DNA of 64,000 bases from the NCBI GenBank assembly GCA_030390025.1, contig JASTWF010000034.1, positions 682,001 to 746,000 of the forward strand, given 5' to 3'. The DNA is from Squalus acanthias. Lineage: Eukaryota. How positions within the stretch are numbered: position 1 is the stretch's first letter; each line of letters starts with the position of its first letter. This document shows positions 63,140 through 64,000 of this stretch, piece after piece. Below the pieces are notes generated by a model, which made no database searches, had not been told where the DNA came from, and worked only from the letters and a program-made list of their open reading frames with translations. The translations under genes and the position numbers were made by a program.

Positions 63140-64000
63140 GTGCCCCGCACAAAGATGGCGGCTCTGGGGCCCCGCACAAAAATGGCGGCTCTGGGTCGCA
63201 GCACAAAAATGGCGTCTCCGGGGCCCCGCAGAAAGATGGCGGCTCCGGGGGTCCGCACAAAGATGGCGGCACCGGCGCTCCGCTCAAAGATCGCGGCTCC
63301 GGGGCCCCGCACAAAGATGGCGGCTCCGGGGCTCCGCACAAAGATGGCGGTTCCGGGGCCCCGCACAAAGATGTCGACTCCAGGGCACAGCACAAAGATG
63401 GCGGCTCCGGGGCCCCGCACAAAAATGTCGGCGCTGGTGTCCCGCACAAAAATGGAGGCTCCGGGACACAGCACAAAGATGGCGGCTCCGGGGCCCCAAA
63501 CAAAAGTGCGGCACTGGTGCACAGCACAAAGATGGCGGCTCTCGGGCACAGCAAAAAGATGGCGGCTCTCGGGCACAGCAAAAAGATGGCGGCTGCGGGG
63601 AAAAGCACAAATATGGCGGCTCCGGGGCCCCGCATAAAGAAGGTGGCTCTGATTGCAGCACACAAATGACGGATCTGGGGCTCCGCACAAAGTTGGCGGC
63701 TCTGGGGCCCCGCACAATGTTGGCGGCACCGGAGCACAGCACAAAGATGGCGACTCCGGGGCACAGCACAATATTGGCGGCTCCGGGTTCCCGCACAAAG
63801 GTGGCGGCTATGGTGCCCCTCACAAAAATCGCGGCTCTGGTTGCCACACAAAAATGGCGGCTCCGTGGCACCGCACAAAAATTGCGACTCTCGGGCACTG
63901 CACAAAGATGGCGGCTCCGGGGCCCAGCACAAAGATGGCGACTCTGGTTCCCGCTCAAAAATGGCGGCTCTGGGGCCCCGCACAAAGATGGCGGCTCTGG
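63140..64000. repeat. 27-bp GC/CpG-rich minisatellite (GGGGCCCCGCACAAAGATGGCGGCTCC), more than 30 copies, runs off the window end
   Basis: 9-aa periodicity GPRTKMAAP in ORF 63140-63637; direct inspection. Confidence 0.95.

Noticed and set aside
62992..63985. Cys/Pro-rich ORFs on both strands
   Set aside because: Translations of the 27-bp minisatellite

Overview
Vertebrate genomic DNA, almost certainly from a cartilaginous fish (shark-type CR1/L2 LINEs, V-SINE, Deu-type SINE, Penelope-like elements). Most of the window is repetitive. Host content is a divergently oriented pair of paralogous GPR139/GPR142-like class A GPCR genes. One is complete on + (exon 1 51694-51916, exon 2 62181-63082, about 374 aa). 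Only exon 1 of the other is present, on - (5791-5527). The two share about 98%-identical promoter/leader and intron-start sequence. Between these conserved flanks lies a short, almost entirely non-synonymous hypervariable ectodomain/TM1 segment, preceded by a copy-number-variable 42-bp N-glycosylation repeat. Between the genes are an 8.7-kb 47-bp satellite derived from the CR1 reverse-transcriptase 'SGVPQGSVLG' motif (with higher-order repeats), an orphan kanadaptin (SLC4A1AP) pseudo-exon, a GA-rich macro-repeat with a 4.7-kb G-rich expansion, and several LINEs. The intron of the + gene holds nested elements, including a Penelope-like element with hammerhead-ribozyme motifs. A YY1-motif minisatellite follows its stop codon. 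Repeat boundaries are approximate; all alignments were done by eye.
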